DNA of 50,456 nucleotides, counting the filler, from Bipalium vagum (taxonomy: Eukaryota): assembly GCA_037834085.1 (NCBI GenBank). It is 3 parts of 3 records of this genome, joined end to end, with 100 filler letters (N's around TTAATTAATTAA, not from the genome) between each part and the next. Parts side by side here need not be neighbours in the genome. Positions count along the whole stretch, not along the records: positions 1 to 15,886 come from JBBMKC010140030.1; positions 15,987 to 32,284 come from JBBMKC010117229.1; 1 more part is not named here. One strand, written 5' to 3'. The position numbers and the translations under genes were made by a program. Every line of letters starts with the position of its first letter. Position 1 is the first letter of the stretch. Shown one piece after another: positions 12,501 through 24,123 of the stretch. Below the pieces are notes generated by a model. That model was given only the letters and a program-made list of their open reading frames with translations. It did not search any database and was not told where the DNA came from.

Positions 12501-14007
12501 ATTTGAAAATATTAACGTATGATAATGCTTTAAAACATACAATTTAAACAAAAAAGTCAGTGGTGGAAAAGTTGTTTACTAAATTATCTATATTACCTTT
12601 TCCTTATTAAATTGAAAGATTATTTTAATCAAAGTTTGTTTTTTATGTTTAGCAGATTATTTTGATGAAAATTTAAGATATTTTTTACTTAATAAGTTTT
12701 AAATGTTAAAAATAATTTATGAAATTTTCGGACTAAAAATTTTGTAACAAATAATTTAAAGAAAAACAACTTAACTAACAGATCAAAAGCCGAATTAATT
12801 CATGGTTTTAGTTTAAAGGGTACACTACAACCCTTTAAAAATATCAATATGTACTATTACTACTAGTTATTTATAATATAGAATTGATGTATTATATAAA
12901 TTCTTAATTTTATTATAAATTATAATAAAAATTTTAAAGGAAGTTAATAATAAATAGTATTAGTTAACATTAAATTATTTAAAACCTTTTAAAGTTGAAA
13001 TTATCGAAAAGAAAATCCTGTCTAAATATGGATTTCGTAAAATTTGGTAACAAAAGTTAAGGAAAAATTAATAGTACCGAAAAAAAAATTTAAAAAGCCA
13101 AAGATTTCAGAATTTGTTTTGTTAAAGTTTGCTTAAGAAGAAAGTCCCATTTTATTCGATAAAGCTTTGTACGCAAACGGTTGCGGAGTAATTTAATATT
13201 AATGGTTACTTTTTAAACTTTTCTAATCGATTGAAATACGAATTAGAATCTGACTCTAAAAGATTTGTTAAGATCCTAAGATATGGGATAAGTTGATGTT
13301 AAAGATGGAGCTTACTGTGATACTTAGGCCTTAACGGTTGAAGGTTGCTTATAAATGTGTTTGGTTAAAATGACTGAGAAAACAATTTACTTTTAACTAC
13401 TTTTATTCTATTCAAAATAAAGTGACAATTACATGATATCGATTCTGACTGATTTAAGGGCTTTAAAGTGATTTTATTTATTATAATTATTATTTAGAAA
13501 AATCCTCTCGCTCTTAGGCTTAGAGGTCCTCAGTATAAGAAGAAAAAATATACTTCACCACCCTACGTAGTGTGTGAAGTAAAAACAAATAAAAGAAAAA
13601 GGTTATAAGAAATGGAAATTGAAAAAGTTAAATAATCCTCAGGTCCTGGCTTGAGTATTTAATTACTTATTTAGTACAAACTGTGTCTTGTCTAACAAGA
13701 CATGCCTGTTTAATAATAAAATAATAGAATTATAAAATATTTATTTAAGATCGATACTAGTCTTGTGAATCCTTGGTTACAAACTAGTTTTATATTATAT
13801 TATTAATATGTGTATATATAATAAAAACTTTATTTTACTGACTTTTGTATATTAAAATAAATACTCAATAATATATGAATTTCTTTAAATCAACACTGGA
13901 ATACTAAAATCAACTCTTAATATAAACATAACTGTTAAACACGGCAGAAGATTAAAATATAAATAATAAGAACATTATATTTATAATAAAACTTTGTCAC
14001 AAATTTT

Positions 14008-14583
14008 TGTAACAAGTTAATAACAAAACTTTAGAAATTTACTTTCTCAATAAAGATTAAAGCATAAACATATATGTCAGGTTTGATGGAATTCCTTCTT
14101 TTCTCCTTGACTGACTGTTCTCCGATTCGACTTGTATTACAAATTCTTTTCCAATTGTTCCCTTGATTTTCGGTTTTGACTTTTGTTGTTGTTTCTTTTT
14201 TTAAAAATCGCCTTTCTTTTTTAGGTCGAATACAATAATGTTAGCTTGATTGCTTTTGTGGAGGTCTGCTTGATTTCTATGTTGTATTTGATCACGACTG
14301 AACTGGTAAAAAATTCTTTTGGTTTCGGTGTAGGTTATAACTTGTTTAGCGGCGGGCTGCTCTTTGTTGACTAATCGAGTTTTATCTAGTTAAAACTTTA
14401 TTTTGTTTTCTGACTGTCTTATAATTTCTGCTTTCTTTTATATAATTCTTTTTTCCTTTTTATTTATAATTAGTAAATTTCTTTTCCTAAATATAATTCT
14501 GTTGTCCTTCTTTTTTTTCTATTTTGATCATTTTCTTATAAAAATTCTTTCCTAATTTCTATTATTAGTAAGTTATTGTTACA
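14008..14583. mobile_element. Candidate solo LTR
   Basis: Bounded by TGTAACAA...TTGTTACA inverted termini; no TSD seen. Confidence 0.3.
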
Positions 14584-15886
14584 CTAATATAAATTTTCTT
14601 AAAATACAGATAAATAAATAAATATAATCACTATTAGTACTAATTAATAATAATTCCTATATATTTTTCAACAAAATATTATTGTATACATTATCATATT
14701 TCGAAATTTCATTTATTTATTATTTATTACTGCTTGATTATAAATCAGTCAAAATCGACTTACAATACATATATTTTTGGATTATTAACCATTTCAAATA
14801 AAATTAAAAGAACAATACAAATCAAATAATGCCAAGTATCATATACATATATAAAAAGAAGGAGAATTTGTCAGATATCATGGATCACAAATAATGTCAG
14901 GAAAATTTTCAAAAATAGATCACAAATAATGTCACCATGTCAGTTTTTGGACTGCTCCGGGGTGATTGGGACTGGTAGCACTTGATATGAACCTGTTGGT
15001 CGCACTTGATTTGAGTCTATTCGTCGTAGTCTCCACAGATTCAAATACGGTTCACAAATGAAAATCAACACAATAAATAAGCACGTTTTATTCAGACTAA
15101 AATATATCTTTATTGTCGCAAAATACGGACTTAATAATAAATTTAACTAACCGAAAAGAATACTCTCACTTTGAAGGTATGTGAAGATTTCCTCTAATAT
15201 AACTACATTTCAACTAACTAATTCGACAGAACTAAAAACAAAGACTTAATTATTTTTTATTTCTTTTCATGGCGATAAAATGAACGATCATCAAAATGAA
15301 AAAAACTATTAAGAAACCAAAATTAGCAGAGCCTTGGTGTGATGGCAACACACCTCACAGCAAAGGGAAACTGCTTAGCAAAACAAATGAGATTTTAGCT
15401 TGTCTCATTTTACCTGAAGTTATTTCACAGCCAATAAATAAAACTGTTAGCTAAATTCTAGTTAACCAAATTTTATAATAATTTGAATTCATAATTTCTT
15501 TATTATAATTAAAAGATTTTTTTAAAGGTTAACACTCTGAACTGAATTTTTGTAAAAAAAAATCTTTATTAAACACAATTATTGATATAACATTTAATTA
15601 TATAAAAAATTTTATTTTTATTTTTTTTACAATTTTGTTTACATATTTAGGTTAATATATAAACTAGGAGCGTGATTTTTTTGTTTATATACATTTTACA
15701 AATTTTAATATTAATATTATTAATTAATTTTTTTTAGATTTAGAGAACGAAATAAGGTCTTCTTTAGGGCCCAAAATCATGACTGTTTGTAAAGAAAATG
15801 CTTTTTTTTAAAAAATCAGTCTTATATTGTCATTGCAATAATCATCGTATTGTCTTACGTAGTTCTGCCTGATTCTGTCTCATTGG

Positions 15887-15986
15887 NNNNNNNNNNNNNN
15901 NNNNNNNNNNNNNNNNNNNNNNNNNNNNNNTTAATTAATTAANNNNNNNNNNNNNNNNNNNNNNNNNNNNNNNNNNNNNNNNNNNN
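15887..15986. other. Artificial scaffold spacer (44 N + TTAATTAATTAA + 44 N)
   Basis: Exactly 100 nt, identical to 32285-32384; the linker gives stops in all six frames. Confidence 0.97.
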
Positions 15987-16045
<59 letters not shown>

Positions 16046-16060
16046 CATTATTATTATTAT
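15987..16060. repeat. (ATT)n microsatellite at contig end
   Basis: Read directly. Confidence 0.97.
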
Positions 16061-16077
16061 ATTGTAAAACAAAATAC

Positions 16078-16296
16078 CACATATTTAGGTCCAGATAAAA
16101 AGTGATTGGTCGGAAAATCGTAAATGGCTACAAGTCCCTAGGATGATCGACAGTATCATATTTTGACAAATAAAAACACAATTCAACCTTCAACTCACTG
16201 GGCATTTCTGGTGATTTGGTTTCTTTGTTGACAAACATCACTGGAGTTTCTTTTATTTGCTTCAAATTCGGCCAATCCGGTTTACAAGTAAAATAA

Positions 16297-16339
<43 letters not shown>

Positions 16340-19300
16340 GAATTCGTGTTGTTTCGGTAAGAACAGGCGAAGAAAATTCATCAGATTCAGATATGGCTGT
16401 TGATTTTCAATAAATATAACTAGATGACACTGGTGAAAGAGACAGGAAATAAGCTTCAGCATAATAGGAATGCCCAGTTGTTTACACTGATGGCTGATAT
16501 AGTGGCACTGAGCAGCTAAAACTCAATAAATCAAAAAAGTTTAAAAACCGAAAATTTACACCTTTAATATTCGTGAGATTTGGAAACAAGGATTCCACTT
16601 GATTTTCTCTGAAATAACTTCATTAAAATTTGTCTCACTGTATATGAAAAACAAACGTGTTCAGGTTTTCAATTGATGTCGCGTAATCCGTCCCTTTGCC
16701 GCAAACGCAGATAGGATTTGATGACTTTCTGGAATCTAAATAATACAGAGACTTACACACAAACATTAATCAATTACGGCTTGACATAGAAGTAGAATAT
16801 ATTTTGTCACCGACGAAAGCAGTATTGAAATATTGAACGTTACATTTAGAACAACAGTCCCGTGTGTTTGAATCGAAATGGATGTTTTTATATGTGTCAA
16901 TCTCTGATAACGAAAACGACTCCGATACCGAAGACTCTTTGAAAATCTGTTGCGAACGATTTTATTATAATTAAAACAATTTTTCTTGTTTTATATTTGC
17001 TTGAAAGTACATAAAAAATACAGCAACAATTTTAAAATTTAGAAAATTAGGTTAATACCTTTTATCACTCAAATGATTTTTGTGTACATCACACTATTTA
17101 ATAAGAAATTAAAATATAAGAAATCCATATTAATAAATACAAATATATATATTACTCATTTCATTAATCTAAAGAAATATTGATTACCTTTTAAATAATA
17201 ATGATTAAAATCTAAGATATGAATTCAGAATTATTAGGTTGTTTCATATGAAGTTGCTAATTTATCAAAGAGTAAGAATAAGTCAACTCAGACAAAATAT
17301 TTATTAAAATATTAATCCAAATGCAAACCATGGGCATCAACACATTCTTCCCAAAATGATACAAGTTGATTTACACAATCTATTAAAAGCTGAAGTTCTA
17401 GACTGGATATTTTTCTTAAAAGGAATTTTCGACTGATTTTCGTTTAGCAAATGTTTTGTTCCTAATGAAATTATCTGTGTTTGAAAAAGTGAGTCAGTAG
17501 GAGAAAGTTCCGGTGAGTAAGGTCTGTGGGATAATATTTCAAGGTTCTATTACATGATTCCTTGCATATCCCATTAAACAGTTAGCAAGACTTCCTTACA
17601 TAGATTCGGTTTTGGCATGTGTTTCGGAGCCATTGGCTTCGTCATTTTATATTATCAGAAGGAATCCATTTTTCATCTATGATTAATATACGAAAAAAAT
17701 TAGTCGATTTTGTTTCTAGAGATCAATAATGAACTGACCACCTTCATCCATCTCAGCTCATGATTCTCTCAGAGTTAATGGGGAACTCTTTATCCATTTT
17801 CTTTGTCTTCTCAATAATTTTCAAATGTCGTCAAACTGTTGCTACGATAAAACAAGATCTTTTTCAATCTCTCTCACCGTAACACGCAGATTTCTTACAA
17901 CGAGAGCCTTAAGGTTTTCATTTTCAAACATTGTATCAGGATGTCAGCGATTTAAATTTGCTAAACCATAATCTCATAATTCGAGTAATTTAAATGACAT
18001 AATTTTTCCCTTTTTTCTCATTGTGGATGAGGTTTTAATTTTAATTTATTTTTTATTGAATTAATAATAGATTACACCGGTGAACAAAATAATTGAAATT
18101 TTAATTTTCTGCATTCATGTAGAATATATTTATTAGGTCTTCTCATATGTGTTCACGGTTTGTTATATAGTATTATTAAGTATTGTTTATCTACATTAAT
18201 TAAAATAATTTATAAGCGCATAATTTAAAATATTAATATTTAAAGGTGGTATTATATAAAATTAATGTATTCTTACATTATTTATTAAGATTTCTTATTC
18301 TTGGAGATGGAATTTACTAGGGAAATGTTAAGGGTCTGTCTGATATATGACTTTAAGTGCGAATTAAATGCCAGACAATCTTATGAACCTATCAGTTTAA
18401 GTATATGTGAAAAATGGTTTAAAAAGTTTCGGAACAAAGATTTCGACATGCAAGACAAACCAAGATTGGGTCGACCTGTACAGACAGACATTGACGACCT
18501 AAATAGAAGAGTGGAGGATGATTCATGTCGAACAACACGGGAATACGCAAAACTCACTGACACTTCTAAAACAAGTGTTCATCCTTATTTAATTCAAATT
18601 GGAAAAACTTCTAGATGCAGAAAATGGATTCTAGATGCTCTAGATAAACAGCAATTTTTGAATCGGTTGACAGTTTGCATGTCTTTGCTAACTAGTCATG
18701 ATCTAGACCCATTTCTGGAAAGGATTATATGCTGTGATAAAAAATGGATTTTATGTCAATCTTGAGCGTAAAAACCAGTGGTTAGATTCTGATGAAGAAC
18801 CAATCCAAATGGCTAAACAAAGTCTTCATCCGAAAAAAGTTCTTCTCTGTGTGTGGTGGGAAATGAAGGGAATAATATATATGGAGCTCCTGAATATGGA
18901 TAAAACCATCACTATTCAGGTTATTTATCGGCAATTAAGAGAACTACGTGATAAATTAAAACTTACCAAACCATCTCTGCTCAATCGACGAGGCGTTATT
19001 CATCAACTTGATAATGCAAAACCACACACATCAAAAATGACCAGGGAGAAACTAAAAGAGTTTAGATGGGAACTTCTTCCTCACCCACCATATAGTTCAG
19101 ATATGGCTCCAACAGATTATTATCTTTTCCGTTCATTACAGCACTTTTTAAAGGTAAAGAATTCAATAGCAAATGTACTGTCAAAATTGCCATCTCTGCG
19201 TATTTCGCCGGAAAGGACCAGAAGTTCTTCAAGCATTGTATTGAACATTTGCCTGAACGTTGGACAACAATAATTGATAACAATTAGCATTATATTATCG

Positions 19301-21570
19301 AATAAAATATTCTTGTGTTTTTATAAAATAAATTTTTGTTCTATACATTTTTTTTCATAAAGACTTTTGAGACGACCTCATATGTACAATGCTAAATTGA
19401 ATTTTGTTATTATTTACAATTATAGTGCATATAACAATGTATTTGTACATAATATTAGATTGCAAAGTAAAAAACATTTTCTTTTTTCAAAGAAATGCAA
19501 TTTCTGTTGCACACGGAGCTGAAGCTTCCATAACAAAGATATTCAAAATAGACCTGAAGTATCAAAAGTAATGAATGCATAAATAACCTATTGGAAGACC
19601 TTAAATCAAACAGTTGTCGTATATACTAAATGAAAGTATACTAAATACTACTTTATACTAAATGAAATGGATCGATGAACTTTTTAGCAAATTGTTGAGA
19701 AGAATCATAAAGCAATTGCAACCAAAGTGACAACAGAACATTAAGTAAATAAATAAAATGTTTTAAAATCGTTTTACTTAAAATCTAAAAACCATTTTTC
19801 CATTTGATTATGTCAAAGGAAATTCTAAAAATTAAATAAATTTCCGTAAAAAACCCGCATCCATAGAATTTTAAGAAATTTTAAACAATCTTTTCTTTTA
19901 TATTATTAATATAAAACGCACTTAAGGTATTTAGTAAATTATCAATAAAATAATTACTTCTAATATTGATTCTAATTTTATCAATATTTTTTAAATTCTA
20001 AAGCTATTAAACAATATGAAAAGTCGAAATTCATATACAGCTAATAAAAACTGGAAATTATTAAATATGCTAAAGAACATGGGAATAGGGCGGCCGCCAG
20101 ATGATATAACATCAATGAAAAAAGCGTGCGAGAATGGAAAGAACAAGGTTTGCTTAAAGTTATTATATCTTTAAAAAGAGCTCGAAGGGGACATAAAGCA
20201 CGGTGGCCACAAATCGAATCACAAATACATCAATGGATTTTGGATTTTCTACCATATCAATTAAAATAAAAGCTATGGTAATTGCAAGTGAATTGAAGAT
20301 AGATAATTGTAAATTCAGTGGAAAATGGTGCCATAATTTTATGCACAGAAATGGACTTTCATTGCGCGCAGTGACATCTACCGGTCAAAAGCTTCCGGAT
20401 AATTGGATGGAAAAGATTGAATTATACAAGATTTTTTTAAATGATTCAACAATATATGTTGTGCTTAAACACAGGCAGTGTTGATGAAGTATCTATGTGC
20501 TTCGATATGTCTACCGGTTATACAATTGAATCGGTCGGGGCAAACGATGTCAAAATAACCACAACCGGGTCTGAAAAGAATGGATTATAGTGGTTTTATG
20601 CGTAACAGCTGATGGAAATAAGCTTCCACCAATGGTTATTTTCAAGCGTAAAACCGGATAAAGAAAATTTCCCACCTGATATAATTGTGCGGGCTAATGA
20701 AAAAGAATAGATGAACGAAGATGTTTTTAGACTGGATAAAAGAAGTTTGGAAAAAACGTCCTTCTTTTTTTAACCAAAGGCTCCAGTTTTTAATTTTAAT
20801 TTCCTTTTTATTTTCATTTATTATCAATTAGTTTGTTACTATTATCAATTAGTATGGAAAATGGTATAGTTTAATTTTGGATTCGGCTCCTGCTCATTTA
20901 ACAGATTCAGTTAAATTCAATTAAAGAGGTATCATCAATGATTTTTATTCCAGGAGGTATGACAAAATTGCTCCAACCGCTGAATATTTCGGTTAATAAA
21001 AGTTTCAAATTGAAAATTAGACAGAAATGGGAAAATTGGGCGATAAAAGGCTATCATGCTTATACCAAGAGTGGATAATGAGAAAGGCTTCTTATATGAC
21101 GGTTTTCGAATGGATTGTGGATTCATTTAAAACTAAATCAACTCAATGTGTTACTAATGGATTTAAAAAGGCTTTTGTATTAGAAGGGGAGGTTAATGAA
21201 GATGTAACTGATGATGACACTGAAAGTTCAACGAGTGAATACAATCTACCAGAATCATTTTTACATTTACTAGATTGTGGTAGTATAGATTCTGATTTCG
21301 ATGAGAATATTGTTGAATTTTTAAATTAATAAAATTTTTAAATTTATGCCGCGTATAAGCCGCAATAAATATTTATTAAAAAACCATCCTTTTTCCTTAT
21401 ATAATCCGCGTGTTATTAACCGAAATTTAGGGTAATTGACAATACAAAATAAAAAAAATTATAAATTTAAGAACGAAAATGTTTCTAAAAAAGAAAATAT
21501 TGGTAAGTGCGTTTAACAATTTGAAAAAATAATTATTACATGATCAAAAATTTATATTAAAAATAAATGA

Positions 21571-21613
<43 letters not shown>

Positions 21614-22731
21614 TATTTTTATTTAGGAACGCATTATAAAAATTTTACTCTTGAAATTAAAGCCAAAGTTGTTATCATGTCAATTTCGTTCATCCTCATG
21701 ACAACATAGATTGATCGTAGCTCTCTATTTATGCCAGCCATTGCAAGATTCATATCAAATAATAAGTCCTGATTTTAAAAATTTAAAAGCCAAAAATGAA
21801 ATGGTAACCAATTGTGTTTACATATGTTTCAGAAGTTTTAAATTCTTCACAATTTTTGAATTGATCATGAATTTTTCCAATGAGGTTTTCGTACTCTGTT
21901 TGAAGATGACGCAAATGTTTCAAACTGAATTCTTGATCCTCAAACAGTTTATTACTGCTATTTAAAAGAACCCTAAAAATACCAATGGTAAACCGAGATC
22001 TAATCATAAATCAAACAGATTATTGTCTGTAAAGAAAATTTTATCGAATGAAATAAATAATGTTGATTTTATTTTGAAAAAAATTAAAATCTTCAGGCTA
22101 AGAATGCTCAATTAATTCTTTTTATTCAATCTTGCATGATCTTTTAAAATAATGGAAAATACAGAGCAAAGAACTATTATGTAATTTTTTGTACTAATAA
22201 AAATTCTTTTTTCTTTAACATGACGTTACCAATCTTATCAAAAACTCAAAAGAATGGTAAAATGCATTAAATAAAGATCGAAAGGCTTTCATGACTTACT
22301 AAGAAAAATTTGAATTTGGTTATAATTGTGATAAAACACTTAAGATATGGAGTTTGAAATTAGCGATGCATTATATCTGATCAGTTTTTTATCAAATAAA
22401 TTGAATTTTTACATAACAGGCACTAGAAAATTTTATCAGAAAAAGAACTTAGAAATTATAAATTTACATTTGAGAAGAAAAATAATAAGATGTGGATTTA
22501 AAGATTTGAATGCAAACAATCCAACAATCTTCAGAATGAACGAAGAATAACGAACTAAATCCGAGAAATCAATGTCAGAATGTCCTATAAATAAACTAAA
22601 AGATGAGTATTTTATTTAATAATGAATATTTTTTGAGGTTTCCTGATGTTTTTTTCTTCTGCATCGGGTGTGCCGGAAAATTAGGAAGAAACAGAAGGAA
22701 ATAAAGGAAAAATAGGAAACTATGCATAGGA

Positions 22732-22775
<44 letters not shown>

Positions 22776-23849
22776 ATAGATGAATAAGGTAATTTTGTTT
22801 TAGATATTCTTATTTTAGTGACAAAAAATATCAAAAAGTAATTATTTATGATATCCAAGACAAGGGAAGAAATTTGTTTAGAACTTAAATACAGTATATA
22901 ATGACCAGTGCCCATCAGATGCAGAATTTACGAAGGTACAACTTTAAAGATAGTGAAACGTGAAAATAGCGTATGAAGGGATGTTGAAATAGATTAGAAA
23001 ATAAAGGAAAATCTAAACAAAATCATCAAAAATGAAAGGAGGGTAACAACCAGAGAATTGACAAAACACTTAAATGTCAGTAAATGTTAAATATTGGGTT
23101 GGCAATTGTCCGTTCGGTTTTTAAGAAGATAGAAAAGCAGAAAAATTGATATATTTATATCTCAAATAATAATCTTTTAATATAATTTTGAAAATACTTC
23201 AAACTTATCTTGACGGAAATGCTCAATTTCAACGTTTTATTCAATACGAAAAAATGTTTCTTGGAGCAATATCACTTCAAGTAAAGATAAACACTTAAAT
23301 AGAACAAAATCAAGTTTCTCGTACTATATAGTACTTACATTTTATCAATTATTTGTTTATTTTTTTGTAAATCTTGATAAAAGTGATTTATATTTTCTCT
23401 CATCAGAGGTTTTAACATTTCGTTTATTACGTTGTTCTTGGAAATAAAAAGTTTTCGAGCTCTTCTACAAAATCTTGTAAAAAATTTTTCAATTAAAAAT
23501 TTTACATTTTATCTCGACAACAAACAATTATACAGCATGGCCGCACATAACCTCTTGCATATATGTCCCAAACAGTGAAATAATAAACCTGGAGATCCTT
23601 AAGATTAAATTATCAATTAGTAGAGCTTACAAAAAATGGAATTGAGCAATCTAAAACTAAAGTCTGTGTAATGCAATTAAAAACCACTTCGTCGTGTTCA
23701 TATGACTGATAATCAACGGACATTGCCTTTAACACAATCATGTCAATTGTTTCAGTCTTAAGAGGTGACTTGGTTGGATAAATAATCAATGGTACTGGTC
23801 CAAGATTTTCACAGAAATGGGCTAAGATTATAATTTCTTCCTCGATCAT
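16078..23849 (-). CDS. SMCR8: SMCR8-like DENN/longin protein, multi-exon; 3' end lost at the contig break
   Basis: Exons 23849-23631 (ILAHFCENLGPVPL..KAMSVDYQ), 23588-23506 (VYYFTVWDIYARGYVRPCC), 23464-23339, 21972-21822, 21768-21648, unresolved exon(s) ~19480-19740, 16946-16778, 16735-16639, 16608-16562, 16515-16338 (cDENN-like LISCLFHQCHLVIFIE..LMNFLRLFLP), 16296-16188, 16137-16078 (AIYDF..SGPKYV). Matches remembered SMCR8 motifs EFSEQVGPQPL, IMSVDYQ and LYDLEARGFVRP. Confidence 0.82.
17232..18000 (-). mobile_element. Decayed mariner element in an SMCR8 intron
   Basis: TATTAGGTT-type terminus at 17232; HRPYSPELSPTD on the minus strand at ~17490-17530; HTH remnants near 17800-17950. Confidence 0.75.
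18131..19382 (+). mobile_element. Near full-length mariner (DD34D) with a frameshifted transposase (~18307-19290)
   Basis: Catalytic motifs IICCDKKW, HQLDNAKPH and HPPYSSDMAPTDYYLF; imperfect TIRs TATTAGGTCTTCTCA / TGAGACGACCTCATA. Confidence 0.92.
19833..21432 (+). mobile_element. pogo-superfamily transposon (Brinker DBD + CENP-B HTH + DDE_1), pseudogenised
   Basis: MKSRNSY..LEIIKYAKEHGNRAAAR, FMHRNGLSLR..TSTGQKLP, TADGNKLPPMVIF, LDSAPAHL, IPGGMTKLLQPL; right end ..GAAATTTAGGG|TA. Confidence 0.9.
21577..21613. repeat. (ATT)n microsatellite
   Basis: Read directly. Confidence 0.95.
22050..22560 (+). mobile_element. MULE/Mutator transposase fragment in an SMCR8 intron
   Basis: MEFEI..A..F...ITG..FYQ...LRRKIIRCGFK resembles the MULE DFE..GCxFH..Q..RKI..GL region. 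Confidence 0.5.
22733..22772. repeat. (TA)n microsatellite
   Basis: Read directly. Confidence 0.95.
22900..23130 (+). mobile_element. Mariner fragments (HTH remnant plus a TATTGGGTTGGC-type TIR)
   Basis: IIKNERRVTTRELTKHLNVSK at ~23020-23085; mariner-like terminus at ~23092. Confidence 0.55.
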
Positions 23850-24123
23850 AACTATTTAAAATGATTTTTTATTTTCGTGTTAAAATAAAAATTTAATTAC
23901 GCTGCTTAGAAATTCTGTTTTCAAAATCTAATCCAATACTCATTTGAAATTGACTCCTGTTTGGTAAATAAAAATCAGGAACTTTGTCGGTTACTGGAAT
24001 CCTTTGTTCATAATAAAAGCCGGCAATCATTTTATTTTTAGTTTAAAAATATTTTCAAAAAAAATTATATAAAAAATTATTCCTATTTTACTACAATGAC
24101 CTTGATATTAAATAAACAAATTA

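Noticed and set aside
15328-15400. tRNA/SINE-like head (GCCTTGGTGTGATGGCAACAC)
   Set aside because: A-box-like only; no T-arm/B-box or cloverleaf.
15931-15942. TTAATTAATTAA palindrome (also at 32329-32340)
   Set aside because: Sits centred in identical 100-nt N blocks, so it is an assembly linker. Adjacency across these joins is also unverified.
16262-16462. Poly-tyrosine ORF
   Set aside because: SMCR8 exon read through into the (ATT)12 intron.
22616-22915. ORF with an IYIYIY repeat
   Set aside because: Translation of a (TA)n microsatellite.
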